A DNA stretch of 64,000 nt from Candidatus Woesearchaeota archaeon (GTDB lineage Archaea; Nanobdellota; Nanobdellia; Woesearchaeales; JAZDKJ01): the NCBI GenBank assembly GCA_043803105.1, contig JAZDKJ010000006.1:208673-272672 (forward strand), in the 5' to 3' direction. This document shows, in pieces, positions 27,839 through 36,086 of the stretch (position 1 is the first letter of the stretch; each line of letters starts with the position of its first letter). The position numbers and the translations under genes are program-made. The notes under the pieces were generated by a model. The model did no database searches and was not told where the DNA came from. It saw only the letters and a list, made by a program, of their open reading frames with translations.

Positions 27839-30006
27839 TTCTTCTCCTTTGTTGATTTATGTAGTTCGTCGTACAGCCTTCGTACTGCTGCAAAGTATTG
27901 TCTCTGGTCTTGCTCGCTCAAGACCTTGTAAAGTTTCATCACTTGCTTGTACCCTCGAACCGCTGCCTGTTGGTCATTCTTGTGCATTGCCTCAAATACA
28001 TTGTATATCAACTCAAACATCTGCCTGGATTTTCCTTCTATTTTCCATGAGGTTTTGTTTTGTATAATACGCATGTCTGTGCTCTGCTTGATTATTCTGC
28101 GAAGTTCTTCTATCAAGTTTGCTAGCTCCTCGCTTGACACTACATAATTGCTGTACTCTATCTCTTTGATTCTTCGCAGCAATGATTCCGCTATTCCTTG
28201 CAACTTTGGATCAACCCTCCTTTTCCTAAGTTCTACAGCTATCTCCTCGTAGGTAAATTCATAATCCAGTCTAAGCATTGCCTTGAAGAATTGCTTGGTT
28301 GCGCTGCCAAGCTCCTTGATGCCTTCCTTTGGATGTCTTACATCAATCGAGTCCAGTTGTGCCAAGACCTCCTCATAAGTTGTCGTCTCTGTTCTGAAGG
28401 TCAATTTCATCAGCTGTGCAAGGTTCTGGCTCGTTCTGTGTTTTTCTAGTACCTTGGTTACATATGGTTTGCTAATCATGATACCAACTAGGATTGCCAT
28501 TGTAAGGAGGCTAATCAAAATAATTGACCATCCTGTGAAAGCCTCCTGCAAAGTCTCTATTGATATCGGCTGCTCTGTAGCTATTACCGCCTCTCCCGCC
28601 CCGCCAGGTTGCGCTAGGCATGGTTCGCAAGGTCCTCCGCAATCTATGCCTGCCTCTTCCTGGTTCTTTACCCTGTCATAGCATGTGGCGCATGGCTGGC
28701 ATGGTCCGCCGCAATCAACACCCTCCTCATTCCGGTTCCACACTCCGTCAATGCATTGGGGTATGCCCTTGCATGGCTGGCTTATGCTCGGCCTCTTCTT
28801 TATGGTGTTGCAATTGTTTAGGTCTATGCAGTTCCTGTACATTGTGCCGTTTTCAAGGCAGCCATCCCACCTCTGGCAGAACCACTCTTCAACGCACTTA
28901 ATGCTTCCACCACCTCCGCCTCCGCCTCCGCCTGCAGCTGCCGGTACTATAGGTGGTGGTGTAGTGACGCGGAGTGAAACATTGTTGCTTCTGTTGCTTG
29001 CACCCCAATTGTCTGTTACAGTGAAGTACACCAATTCATTGCCAATCCATCCTTGCGGCTGTGAGAAAACCACAAAATTGTTGCTCGTTGGGTAAATGTC
29101 TGCTTTTATTACGTGCAGCGGATTGAGATATACAACATTGAAGTATAGGTGGTCGTCCCTGTCAGGGTCAAACACAAAATCATTCAGGTAGAATGCCGCC
29201 CTTATCTGATTTACAAACCAGGTCTGTGGCTCTAGGTTCCTGATAAACCTTGGTGGCCTGTTGACATTGGTTATGTTCACTGTCCAGTTTAGCATTCTCG
29301 TGTTGTTGAATTGGTCTGACAGCATGATTGACACATTGAAAATGCCTACCGAAGTGAAGTTGGTGTTAAGTGCATACCTGCTGCTTCCAGTTGCATTGGC
29401 TGTGCTGTTTCTTGTCTGCCCGTTGACTCTCCATTGTAGGCTGACTGTCTCATTTAGGGTTTCAAAGAATGAGACCTTGAACCGCAAGGTCTTGTTCTCG
29501 CTTATGTTGACTTTCGGGAATTTGCTGTATACTGATTGATTTGGGTAATAACCTGTTATGTTTGGTGGTAGGTTTTTTATTATCGTGATGTTCAGGCTTT
29601 TGGTTGTTAGCCTGTTTGAGCAAATTGAACTGTCATCTGCTGTTATGTTGACCGTTTGCCTTCCTGTATTGGCATTGCTGGCTGTAAAGTAGATTACTCC
29701 GGTAATTGGGTCTATGTCAAACATGGTACTGTCATCAAAATAGGTGATTGTGTCGTTGTGCGGGTCAGTTGCATTGGCTCTGCAAAAATAATAGTAGAAA
29801 GCTGTGAAGTTCTTTGGGCAATTGATATTGAGTTGCGGCGGTACATTGATGCACAGGTTCAACAGTGCTTCTGAAAAGTCGCTTGCTTTGCCTGTTAGCC
29901 GTGTTGGTGCACTGGCTTCTTGGTAGATTCTCACGTTTATGTAAAAGCCTATGATTACGAAAACAACCGCCACTGCGGCTATTGTGTTGTTTGAGATCCT
30001 AATCAT
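27835..30006 (-). CDS. 723-aa single-pass surface protein with a cadherin-like repeat ectodomain, poly-Gly linker, Cys-rich module, TM helix and cytoplasmic Tyr/Leu-repeat domain
   Basis: Signal peptide, VNRPP motif, a G9 linker, two GxDCGGPC(Q/E)PC repeats, the TM helix WSIILISLLTMAILVGIMI, and a C-terminal domain homologous to ORF 21369-22397. Confidence 0.7.
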   Translation of the reverse strand: MIRISNNTIAAVAVVFVIIGFYINVRIYQEASAPTRLTGKASDFSEALLNLCINVPPQLNINCPKNFTAFYYYFCRANATDPHNDTITYFDDSTMFDIDPITGVIYFTASNANTGRQTVNITADDSSICSNRLTTKSLNITIIKNLPPNITGYYPNQSVYSKFPKVNISENKTLRFKVSFFETLNETVSLQWRVNGQTRNSTANATGSSRYALNTNFTSVGIFNVSIMLSDQFNNTRMLNWTVNITNVNRPPRFIRNLEPQTWFVNQIRAAFYLNDFVFDPDRDDHLYFNVVYLNPLHVIKADIYPTSNNFVVFSQPQGWIGNELVYFTVTDNWGASNRSNNVSLRVTTPPPIVPAAAGGGGGGGGGSIKCVEEWFCQRWDGCLENGTMYRNCIDLNNCNTIKKRPSISQPCKGIPQCIDGVWNRNEEGVDCGGPCQPCATCYDRVKNQEEAGIDCGGPCEPCLAQPGGAGEAVIATEQPISIETLQEAFTGWSIILISLLTMAILVGIMISKPYVTKVLEKHRTSQNLAQLMKLTFRTETTTYEEVLAQLDSIDVRHPKEGIKELGSATKQFFKAMLRLDYEFTYEEIAVELRKRRVDPKLQGIAESLLRRIKEIEYSNYVVSSEELANLIEELRRIIKQSTDMRIIQNKTSWKIEGKSRQMFELIYNVFEAMHKNDQQAAVRGYKQVMKLYKVLSEQDQRQYFAAVRRLYDELHKSTKEKK

Positions 30007-30154
30007 TGTCCTTCTTTTCTTTGTACTTGAGCAACATGTGCCTGATTCCCTCTCGTGTTATCTCTGCTTGGTTGCTGAACAGTCCCTTATCTATCAGCTC
30101 CTGCATCTGCCTCTTCATTTCTTTTCCGACACGTATATGGATTAGCGTTGCCAT
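29999..30154 (-). CDS. ribbon-helix-helix (CopG/Arc-like) DNA-binding protein, 51 aa
   Basis: MATLIHIRVGKEMKRQMQELIDKGLFSNQAEITREGIRHMLL. Start taken at the internal ATG at 30154. Overlaps the start of the 723-aa gene by 8 nt. Confidence 0.55.
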   Translation of the reverse strand: MATLIHIRVGKEMKRQMQELIDKGLFSNQAEITREGIRHMLLKYKEKKDND

Positions 30155-30322
30155 TTTGCTATTTATAAGTATCAGAAATATAACTAATTGATATATATAA
30201 ATATTTGTATATAAGTAGATAGAATAAAACAGATATATCGAAATGATACACTTAAGATACACTTTATTATAGGGCAGTCAAAATAATCTACAAAAGGCTT
30301 AAAAACCTAGAAACCGCAATCT
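30155..30322. promoter_or_regulatory. AT-rich promoter region with several TATA-like boxes heading the RHH and surface-protein operon
   Basis: ATATATAAATATTTGTATATAAG-type elements upstream of the minus-strand RHH gene. Confidence 0.3.
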
Positions 30323-30739
30323 CTACCAGGCTCTTGTTATGACTATTCTCAGCTTGCCGTAATATGTGCCGTTCACAGTGTTTTCAGGCACAATTCCTGA
30401 TGATTGCACCTGTTCTTGCGTGCCCTTGTCCAGTCTAAAGCTTGTATTGGAGAACCTGACAAACCTTGCCACATCTCCAGAGATTTGGACGGTAACTTGA
30501 ACCGGCATGTTATAGATGTTTCTAACAGTGAAAGCCCGATGTCCTGTTCCGCCCGGAGGTACTGCTCCGTAGGTAAGGTTGATAGGGTTTACATCAATGC
30601 CCACAAAGTCTGCCACCACGAGCTTCACATGGGTTTCCTTTACATCAACTACATAATAGAATGAGTATAAGATTGATGTTGCAGTTATGGAAATCAGCAG
30701 CGCCACAAAAAGCAGAATCAGCGTTTGCTTAAGGTTCAT
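30323..30739 (-). CDS. secreted or membrane-anchored hypothetical protein (138 aa)
   Basis: N-terminal TM/signal LILLFVALLISITATSILY. Last gene of the minus-strand secreted-protein operon. Confidence 0.45.
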   Translation of the reverse strand: MNLKQTLILLFVALLISITATSILYSFYYVVDVKETHVKLVVADFVGIDVNPINLTYGAVPPGGTGHRAFTVRNIYNMPVQVTVQISGDVARFVRFSNTSFRLDKGTQEQVQSSGIVPENTVNGTYYGKLRIVITRAW

Positions 30740-31859
30740 TTTTCCTCCTGCCTCTCATCAGGAGCAGCATAAGCCCTGCCACAATTATCAAGAGAGCAAT
30801 CAATCCTAAACCCCCAAATACTATCATTGGTTGTTCAGTCAGTTTCTTCTTGGCAGGAGTGGTAATCTCAACAATTCCTTGGTAACTGTTTGTGCCACCG
30901 TCATACTTCAAAATGATGGTTGACTGGTACATACCGGGCTTCATGTTTTTTGTGTCAAAATATGTCTTCATGGTTTTTGTTTCCCATGGTTCAAGGTCGG
31001 TTGATGGTGTTTGGAATGTTGTGTTGCCAACGCTCACAATAGCATATTGATTTGTTATCCTCGAATTCCACAGGCTTTGCACTATTACCTCAAATGGGCT
31101 GATGGTTTCAAATCCTGCTGTCCTTGTGTAGTTTATCAAACCTACTGAGAGGGATCCTATCTTGAATTGCCTGCTCATATAAGAGGTATTTGTCCTGTAA
31201 TGGAATGCTGCCTTTGCCAGGTACTCGCCTCCCTTGTAGCCTTTGCTTGCCCATTTCACAGCATACGATTGTCTTTCCACTCTTGAAGCCAGTGGTTTTG
31301 TATCAGTTTTTAGTTCTGCAATTGTCTGGCCTGCCATATCTACAATCTGAACATCACCCCAAGACGCAGTAATATTTTCATAACCATAGTTTGATGCATA
31401 TATCGTCACTGGCAGAGTCTCATTCTCGTTGATGTTCGGGACTGCAAAATCTGTCAAGACAAAAACCCCCGGAAAAGGGACAACTATGACAATGAATGCC
31501 ACTACAGTGGTTGCGGTACCTATCATGTCACCGCCTTGCGGAACCTCAGCAGCGCTGACTTCGATTATGTTCTTGCCAGGTGTTTTTATGAACTCAGGCA
31601 GTTTGAGATGTATCGTTACAGCCTGTCCCTTGAGGTTTTGCGCCGAGAATTCTTCTGTTTTCAATAAGCTTGCGTATTGTGCCAGCCCTCCACCCAAGTT
31701 GACTCTGATTTGTGCAGCATCCCCTACCAGGAAGGTCACATCCTGTTCCAGGTTGGGTTGGAAATCAATATAGGTTTTTGCTGGAGAAATGAACGTTCCT
31801 TGTACTGCTTGCACTGAAATAAAGATAAAAAATAAGAAAAAAAGGTTATGCCTCCTCAT
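30729..31859 (-). CDS. secreted hypothetical protein with C-terminal TM anchor (376 aa)
   Basis: Signal peptide FFLFFIFISVQAVQG and C-terminal GLGLIALLIIVAGLMLLLMRGRRKNEP. Confidence 0.55.
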   Translation of the reverse strand: MRRHNLFFLFFIFISVQAVQGTFISPAKTYIDFQPNLEQDVTFLVGDAAQIRVNLGGGLAQYASLLKTEEFSAQNLKGQAVTIHLKLPEFIKTPGKNIIEVSAAEVPQGGDMIGTATTVVAFIVIVVPFPGVFVLTDFAVPNINENETLPVTIYASNYGYENITASWGDVQIVDMAGQTIAELKTDTKPLASRVERQSYAVKWASKGYKGGEYLAKAAFHYRTNTSYMSRQFKIGSLSVGLINYTRTAGFETISPFEVIVQSLWNSRITNQYAIVSVGNTTFQTPSTDLEPWETKTMKTYFDTKNMKPGMYQSTIILKYDGGTNSYQGIVEITTPAKKKLTEQPMIVFGGLGLIALLIIVAGLMLLLMRGRRKNEP

Positions 31860-31868
31860 AATGCTTCC

Positions 31869-32525
31869 TTAAATTTTTGGTTTACCTGTCGCTATAACTG
31901 TATTGCGTTTTAATCCTAGGGGGGCTGTGCCGTCAAAACTGACTTGAACATGCAGGCTAATTGTGTTTGCCGAGACACCATAGTAGAATCTGTCGCAGGT
32001 TATATTGCTCCATCCCTCATGCGTAACCTCAACCCAGTCATTCACGAATTTTGACATATTGGTTGACAAGACGCACCCTGCTGTGGCTGTCGAACCTGTC
32101 CTTGTGCCGTTAAGCATCTTAAAAAACAAATGGGCATTTGTCCCTCCAACAAATGCTGAGCTGTTCTTGAAAGTGATGTTTAGTGAGCAGTTGTTGTTTC
32201 CGATATTCCTTAACTCCAATGCCTCAGTACAAGCCTGAAAGGTTGTAGAGCATCCACTTGTATTGATATATCCGCTCGTGTTCAGTTTGCAGGTCCTCGT
32301 TGCGTATCCGGTTCCCCAGTTGCACCTTGCCTGGCTAAAGTTAATCCAGTTTACGTCGCTTATTGTAAGACTAATGTTGCCTACTGTTTTGTTGGCTGAA
32401 GCGAATCCTGCTGCCCCCGGTTTAATCCCTGATAGTTTGTTCAGGCTTATAAGTGACCCTCCTATTGATACCACTATAGCTGATATAAGAAGTATTGTTA
32501 GTGTCTTGTTGGATATTTCTTGCAT
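31869..32525 (-). CDS. secreted Cys-containing paralog P1 (218 aa)
   Basis: N-terminal signal anchor, conserved ARCNWG.GYA...CKLNTS.YIN.SGCS...NIGNNNCSLNITFKN...ATGKPKI. Many N-sequons. Confidence 0.55.
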   Translation of the reverse strand: MQEISNKTLTILLISAIVVSIGGSLISLNKLSGIKPGAAGFASANKTVGNISLTISDVNWINFSQARCNWGTGYATRTCKLNTSGYINTSGCSTTFQACTEALELRNIGNNNCSLNITFKNSSAFVGGTNAHLFFKMLNGTRTGSTATAGCVLSTNMSKFVNDWVEVTHEGWSNITCDRFYYGVSANTISLHVQVSFDGTAPLGLKRNTVIATGKPKI

Positions 32526-32536
32526 TTTTTTCCTCC

Positions 32537-32770
32537 TTATGGCTTTCGTATCTCTAGGTTGATTTCTGCTTGTGTTGTTGGTTGCGGTTGTATGTTCAGT
32601 TGTATTTCTGCGTTTGCCGTCGGTATATCTGTTGGTTGTTTGTTTGTTGTTTGTTGGCCTGGTGCTTTCGGTATATTAACACTAGTTATAAAAGCCCACG
32701 TGCTTATTACAGAGCTCATAATGACTAGCACCAACAGAATTAGTACAGTGTTTTTTGATATGTCTGTCAT
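32537..32770 (-). CDS. small single-TM protein S1 (77 aa), cassette partner of P1
   Basis: MTDISKNTVLILLVLVIM...WAFIT...PTTQAEINLEIRKP. Start set at the conserved MTD.SKN. Confidence 0.45.
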   Translation of the reverse strand: MTDISKNTVLILLVLVIMSSVISTWAFITSVNIPKAPGQQTTNKQPTDIPTANAEIQLNIQPQPTTQAEINLEIRKP

Positions 32771-32830
32771 CCTCTTTGAACCTCCTTGAGTGCGATTCTT
32801 CCTGCCGAATAGTCGCATTAGTTGCTTGTC

Positions 32831-33487
32831 TTACACCTTTGGTTTTCCTGTTGCTATTATAGTATTGGTTCTCACTCCTGTCCTTGCCGCTGCGTCAAAT
32901 TCTACTTGGACTTGGAGGGTTATTGTGTTTTGGTTTACTCCGAAGTAGAATTTGTCGCATGTGATGTTGCTGTATGCTTCTTTTGTTACTTTTACCCAGT
33001 CTGCTGATACGAATCTTGAGAAGTTTGTTGAAAGGGTGCATCCAGGTCTTATGTTTGTTGCTCCGGTCCCGTTTTGCAGTTTATAAAATAGTTTAGTGTT
33101 TGCTCCTCCTATAAATTCTGAATTGTTTTTGAATGTGATGTTTAGTGAGCAGTTGTTGTTTCCGATGTTCTTAATCTGCAGCGGTAAGCAGTTTACTGTG
33201 CTGAAGCCTGGCGAGCATCCGCTTGCGTTTATGTATGGGCTTGTGTTCAGTTTGCACATTGTTGTTGCGTAGCCTGATCCCCAGTTGCACCGTGCTTGTG
33301 AGAAGTTTATCCAGTTAATGTCGCTTATCGTGAGTGTCACATTGCCCCTTGTTATATTTGCCGTGGCAAAGCCCGCAATGTTTTGCACTGCCGCAAGCCT
33401 GTTTAGGCTAATAAGCGATCCTCCTAAGGTAATTATGATAGCGGCAATTAGCAATATAGCCAATGTTCTGTTAGATATTTCTTCCAT
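32831..33487 (-). CDS. secreted Cys-containing paralog P2 (218 aa)
   Basis: Same family as P1 and P3, with stretches of near-identical nucleotide sequence. Confidence 0.55.
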   Translation of the reverse strand: MEEISNRTLAILLIAAIIITLGGSLISLNRLAAVQNIAGFATANITRGNVTLTISDINWINFSQARCNWGSGYATTMCKLNTSPYINASGCSPGFSTVNCLPLQIKNIGNNNCSLNITFKNNSEFIGGANTKLFYKLQNGTGATNIRPGCTLSTNFSRFVSADWVKVTKEAYSNITCDKFYFGVNQNTITLQVQVEFDAAARTGVRTNTIIATGKPKV

Positions 33488-33501
33488 TGTGTTTTCCTCC
33501 T

Positions 33502-33744
33502 TTATGGTTTTTTTATTTCTAGGTTGATTTCCGCCTGTGTCGTTGGTGGCGGTTGTACAGGTTGTATAAACAGTTCTATCTGACCGTCTACTGCTGGCGG
33601 CATGTTTATCTGTTGTTTGATTGGTGTTTGCGCCTGTCTTTGCAGAGTGTTCACATTGGTGATGAACGCCCAGGTACCAATAACAGAGGTCAGGATAATC
33701 ATTACTAATAGAACCAATATGATATTCTTGGACACGTCCGTCAT
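33502..33744 (-). CDS. small single-TM protein S2 (80 aa), cassette partner of P2
   Basis: MTDVSKNIILVLLVMIIL...WAFITNVN...PPTTQAEINLEIKKP. Confidence 0.45.
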   Translation of the reverse strand: MTDVSKNIILVLLVMIILTSVIGTWAFITNVNTLQRQAQTPIKQQINMPPAVDGQIELFIQPVQPPPTTQAEINLEIKKP

Positions 33745-33848
33745 TAGATCCTTTTTTAAACTATGTTTGTTGAATCCTAAATATGGTTTTTGATACTGCA
33801 CATATTTAAGCTTTTCTGTGACCTGAAACACAGGTTGCCTGACTTTGT

Positions 33849-34514
33849 CTATATTTTTGGTTTTCCTGTTGCTATTATTTTGTTGATTCTAAATCCTGTG
33901 GTTGCTGCTGCGTCAAATTCTACTTGGACTTGGAGGGTTATTGTGTTTTGGTTTACTCCGTAGTAGAATTTGTCGCATGTGATGTTGCTGTAATATGTTT
34001 TTGTTACTTTTACCCAGTTTGCTGTTACGAATCTTGAGAAGTTTGTTGATAGGGTGCATCCGGGTAGTGTGTTTGTTGTTCCGGTCCCGTTTTGTAGTTT
34101 GTATGATATTTTTGCGTTTGCTCCTCCTATGAATGCTGAGCTGTTTTTGAATGTGATGTTTAGTGAGCAGTTGTTGTTTCCGATGTTTTTTATTTGTAGT
34201 GGTGCGCAGTTTGTTGTTGTGAAGCCTGATGAGCATCCGCTTGCGTTTATGTATGGGCTGGTGTTCAGTTTGCAGGTCTTTCTTGCGTAGCCTGATCCCC
34301 AGCTGCATCTTGATTGTGAGAAGTTGATCCAGTTAATGTCGTTGATTGTAAATGAGACGTTGCCTCCGGTTTCGTTTGTTACTGCATAGCCTATTATGGC
34401 TAAGTGGCCTTCGCCAGTGATTCGGTTTATGCTCAGTAATGTGCCCATTACAGTCACAAAGAGCGCAACCACTGCAATGGATGCCAGAACTTTGTTGGAC
34501 ACGTTATTATACAT
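33849..34514 (-). CDS. secreted Cys-containing paralog P3 (221 aa)
   Basis: Same family. First gene of the operon, with an AT-rich promoter at 34515-34650. Confidence 0.55.
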   Translation of the reverse strand: MYNNVSNKVLASIAVVALFVTVMGTLLSINRITGEGHLAIIGYAVTNETGGNVSFTINDINWINFSQSRCSWGSGYARKTCKLNTSPYINASGCSSGFTTTNCAPLQIKNIGNNNCSLNITFKNSSAFIGGANAKISYKLQNGTGTTNTLPGCTLSTNFSRFVTANWVKVTKTYYSNITCDKFYYGVNQNTITLQVQVEFDAAATTGFRINKIIATGKPKI

Positions 34515-34658
34515 ATAATGGACCCTGTATACCCAATCTTGACATCCTCGGGAGTCTCTTTATATAAATTTTTCTACCTGCGTGTAACAATCAACCTCCA
34601 CGAACAGCCTGAAACAGTCTCGCAAACATTTATTAAATAACGCTTCTTAGTCCTTTCC

Positions 34659-34922
34659 GTGGCCACTCGAGTCAATCGCAAAAACCCTCATTATGTCTTG
34701 TTCACTTATTCGATTGATAAACTAAGGCAGAAGGATAAGGTGTTGTTTTACTATGCGCTTAAGGGCCGCAAAGGTCATTCTGGAATATTGGCAGATGATA
34801 CAATAGTCCAGCTCGGGAGGACTGTAGTACTTGTGCCGAAAAGCAAAGAACTGAAGTTTTCAAGATTCTTGAGGCAATGGAAATGTCTTTTTGACAAGCG
34901 CTACCTTGTTTTGGAGAAATAG
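34659..34922 (+). CDS. hypothetical protein (87 aa)
   Basis: ORF with a KGRKGHSG motif and no recognised family. Confidence 0.35.
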   Translation: MATRVNRKNPHYVLFTYSIDKLRQKDKVLFYYALKGRKGHSGILADDTIVQLGRTVVLVPKSKELKFSRFLRQWKCLFDKRYLVLEK

Positions 34923-34965
34923 TAAAAACAAAAAGTTATTTAAGATGATAGTGCTGCGGTAGAAT

Positions 34966-35577
34966 ATGTTCAAGTTGCTGGCTTCAATTCCGTTTGTTGC
35001 ACTTGGAGTCTTTCTGCTCTTCCTCTTGTTTTGGAAATTTGTTTTCCTTCGTGACCCTGAACGAATTGTTCCAAAGGGCAAGGTCATTGTATCTCCAGCT
35101 GATGGAAAGGTGATAAGTGTTTTGCACTGGAAAAAAGCAAACCTAAAGCTCACCAAAGGTCTTGGCGCATTGTCAGTTTTGTGCTCTGATGTGTCGCCAG
35201 GCTGTCTTGTTGTCTCAATTTTTATGTCTCCCCTTGATGTCCATATTAATAGGATACCTTTCGATGGCAAGGTTCTAAAAGTTAGCCATAAGCCAGGCTC
35301 GTTCCGCAGCGCAAACAAGCTTGCCCTTGAGAATGAGAAGAATGAGGTACTGTTAAACACAGAGTTCGGCAGGATTAAGGTTGTCCAGGTTGCTGGCTTC
35401 TTGGCAAGGCGCATTGAATGTTGGGTTTCTGCTGGCGACATCGTAAAAAAGGGCAGTCGCTTTGGCCGCATAAACCTTGGTAGCCAGGTAGTCTTGGTCT
35501 TGCCAGACAACCTTAAGGTAAAGGTTAGACCTAAGGACCAGGTCAAGGCTGGAGAGACCATAATAGCAACAAAATGA
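34966..35577 (+). CDS. psd: phosphatidylserine (archaetidylserine) decarboxylase family
   Basis: N-terminal TM plus FMSPLDVHINRIPFDGKV and a C-terminal GSQVVLVLP. Confidence 0.7.
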   Translation: MFKLLASIPFVALGVFLLFLLFWKFVFLRDPERIVPKGKVIVSPADGKVISVLHWKKANLKLTKGLGALSVLCSDVSPGCLVVSIFMSPLDVHINRIPFDGKVLKVSHKPGSFRSANKLALENEKNEVLLNTEFGRIKVVQVAGFLARRIECWVSAGDIVKKGSRFGRINLGSQVVLVLPDNLKVKVRPKDQVKAGETIIATK

Positions 35578-36086
35578 GCATCCTAAAACTAATCAAGCTC
35601 GCTGATGTGTTTACTGCTGCAAATCTAGTCTGCGGTTTGCTTGCAATGATATTCTCAATCAACAGCTTGTTCTTTGTTGCTTCCATCTTCTTGTTCTCTT
35701 CAGTATTTTTCGACTTTCTCGACGGCAGGATTGCGTACTTGCTCAAGGAGCAGAACAATTTTGGCAAGGAGCTTGATTCACTTAGCGATATTGTTTCATT
35801 TGGCGTTGCACCTGCAATCTTCTTTTATTGCCTAAGCTCCAGAAGTACTGTTGTTGTTCTCTCCATTGTATTTTTTGTTGTGTGTGGGATGCTTCGGCTT
35901 GCCAGATACAATATTACCAAGACAAAAGACTTTGTCGGAGTGCCAATCACTGTCAACGGTGTTCTATTTCCTGTGTTATATCTTTTGGCAGTCCAGGTGC
36001 CCATAATCCTCACCGCTATCCCATTTGTTTGCTTGGTTATGGGTTTTCTTATGGTTTCAAACATTACTGTTCGGCGGGTGTTCTGA
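35574..36086 (+). CDS. pssA: CDP-alcohol phosphatidyltransferase, archaetidylserine synthase-like
   Basis: DFLDGRIAY...FGKELDSLSD signature (D-G-x2-AR-x8-G-x3-D-x3-D). Overlaps the psd stop. Confidence 0.75.
   Translation: MSILKLIKLADVFTAANLVCGLLAMIFSINSLFFVASIFLFSSVFFDFLDGRIAYLLKEQNNFGKELDSLSDIVSFGVAPAIFFYCLSSRSTVVVLSIVFFVVCGMLRLARYNITKTKDFVGVPITVNGVLFPVLYLLAVQVPIILTAIPFVCLVMGFLMVSNITVRRVF

Larger units (their letters stand above)
31869..34514. repeat. tandem gene-cassette triplication with about a 1-kb period
   Basis: Near-identical DNA blocks recur: GAATGTGATGTTTAGTGAGCAGTTGTTGTTTCCGAT at about 32166, 33132 and 34152, and GCTGCGTCAAATTCTACTTGGACTTGGAGGGTTATTGTGTTTTGGTTTACTCCG at about 32890 and 33907. 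Confidence 0.5.

Noticed and set aside
22498-29874. Numerous plus-strand ORFs of 60-235 aa inside the giant minus-strand surface-protein genes (e.g. 26032-26661, 28685-29095)
   Set aside because: They are antisense to long, repeat-rich, clearly coding minus-strand genes, low-complexity in translation, and lack start contexts. They are frame-shadow artefacts.
30006-30262. N-terminal 36 codons of ORF 29999-30262 (MYLKCIISIYLFYSIYLYTNIYIY...)
   Set aside because: It is a translation of the AT-rich promoter (TATA-like repeats). The RHH protein begins at the internal ATG at 30154.
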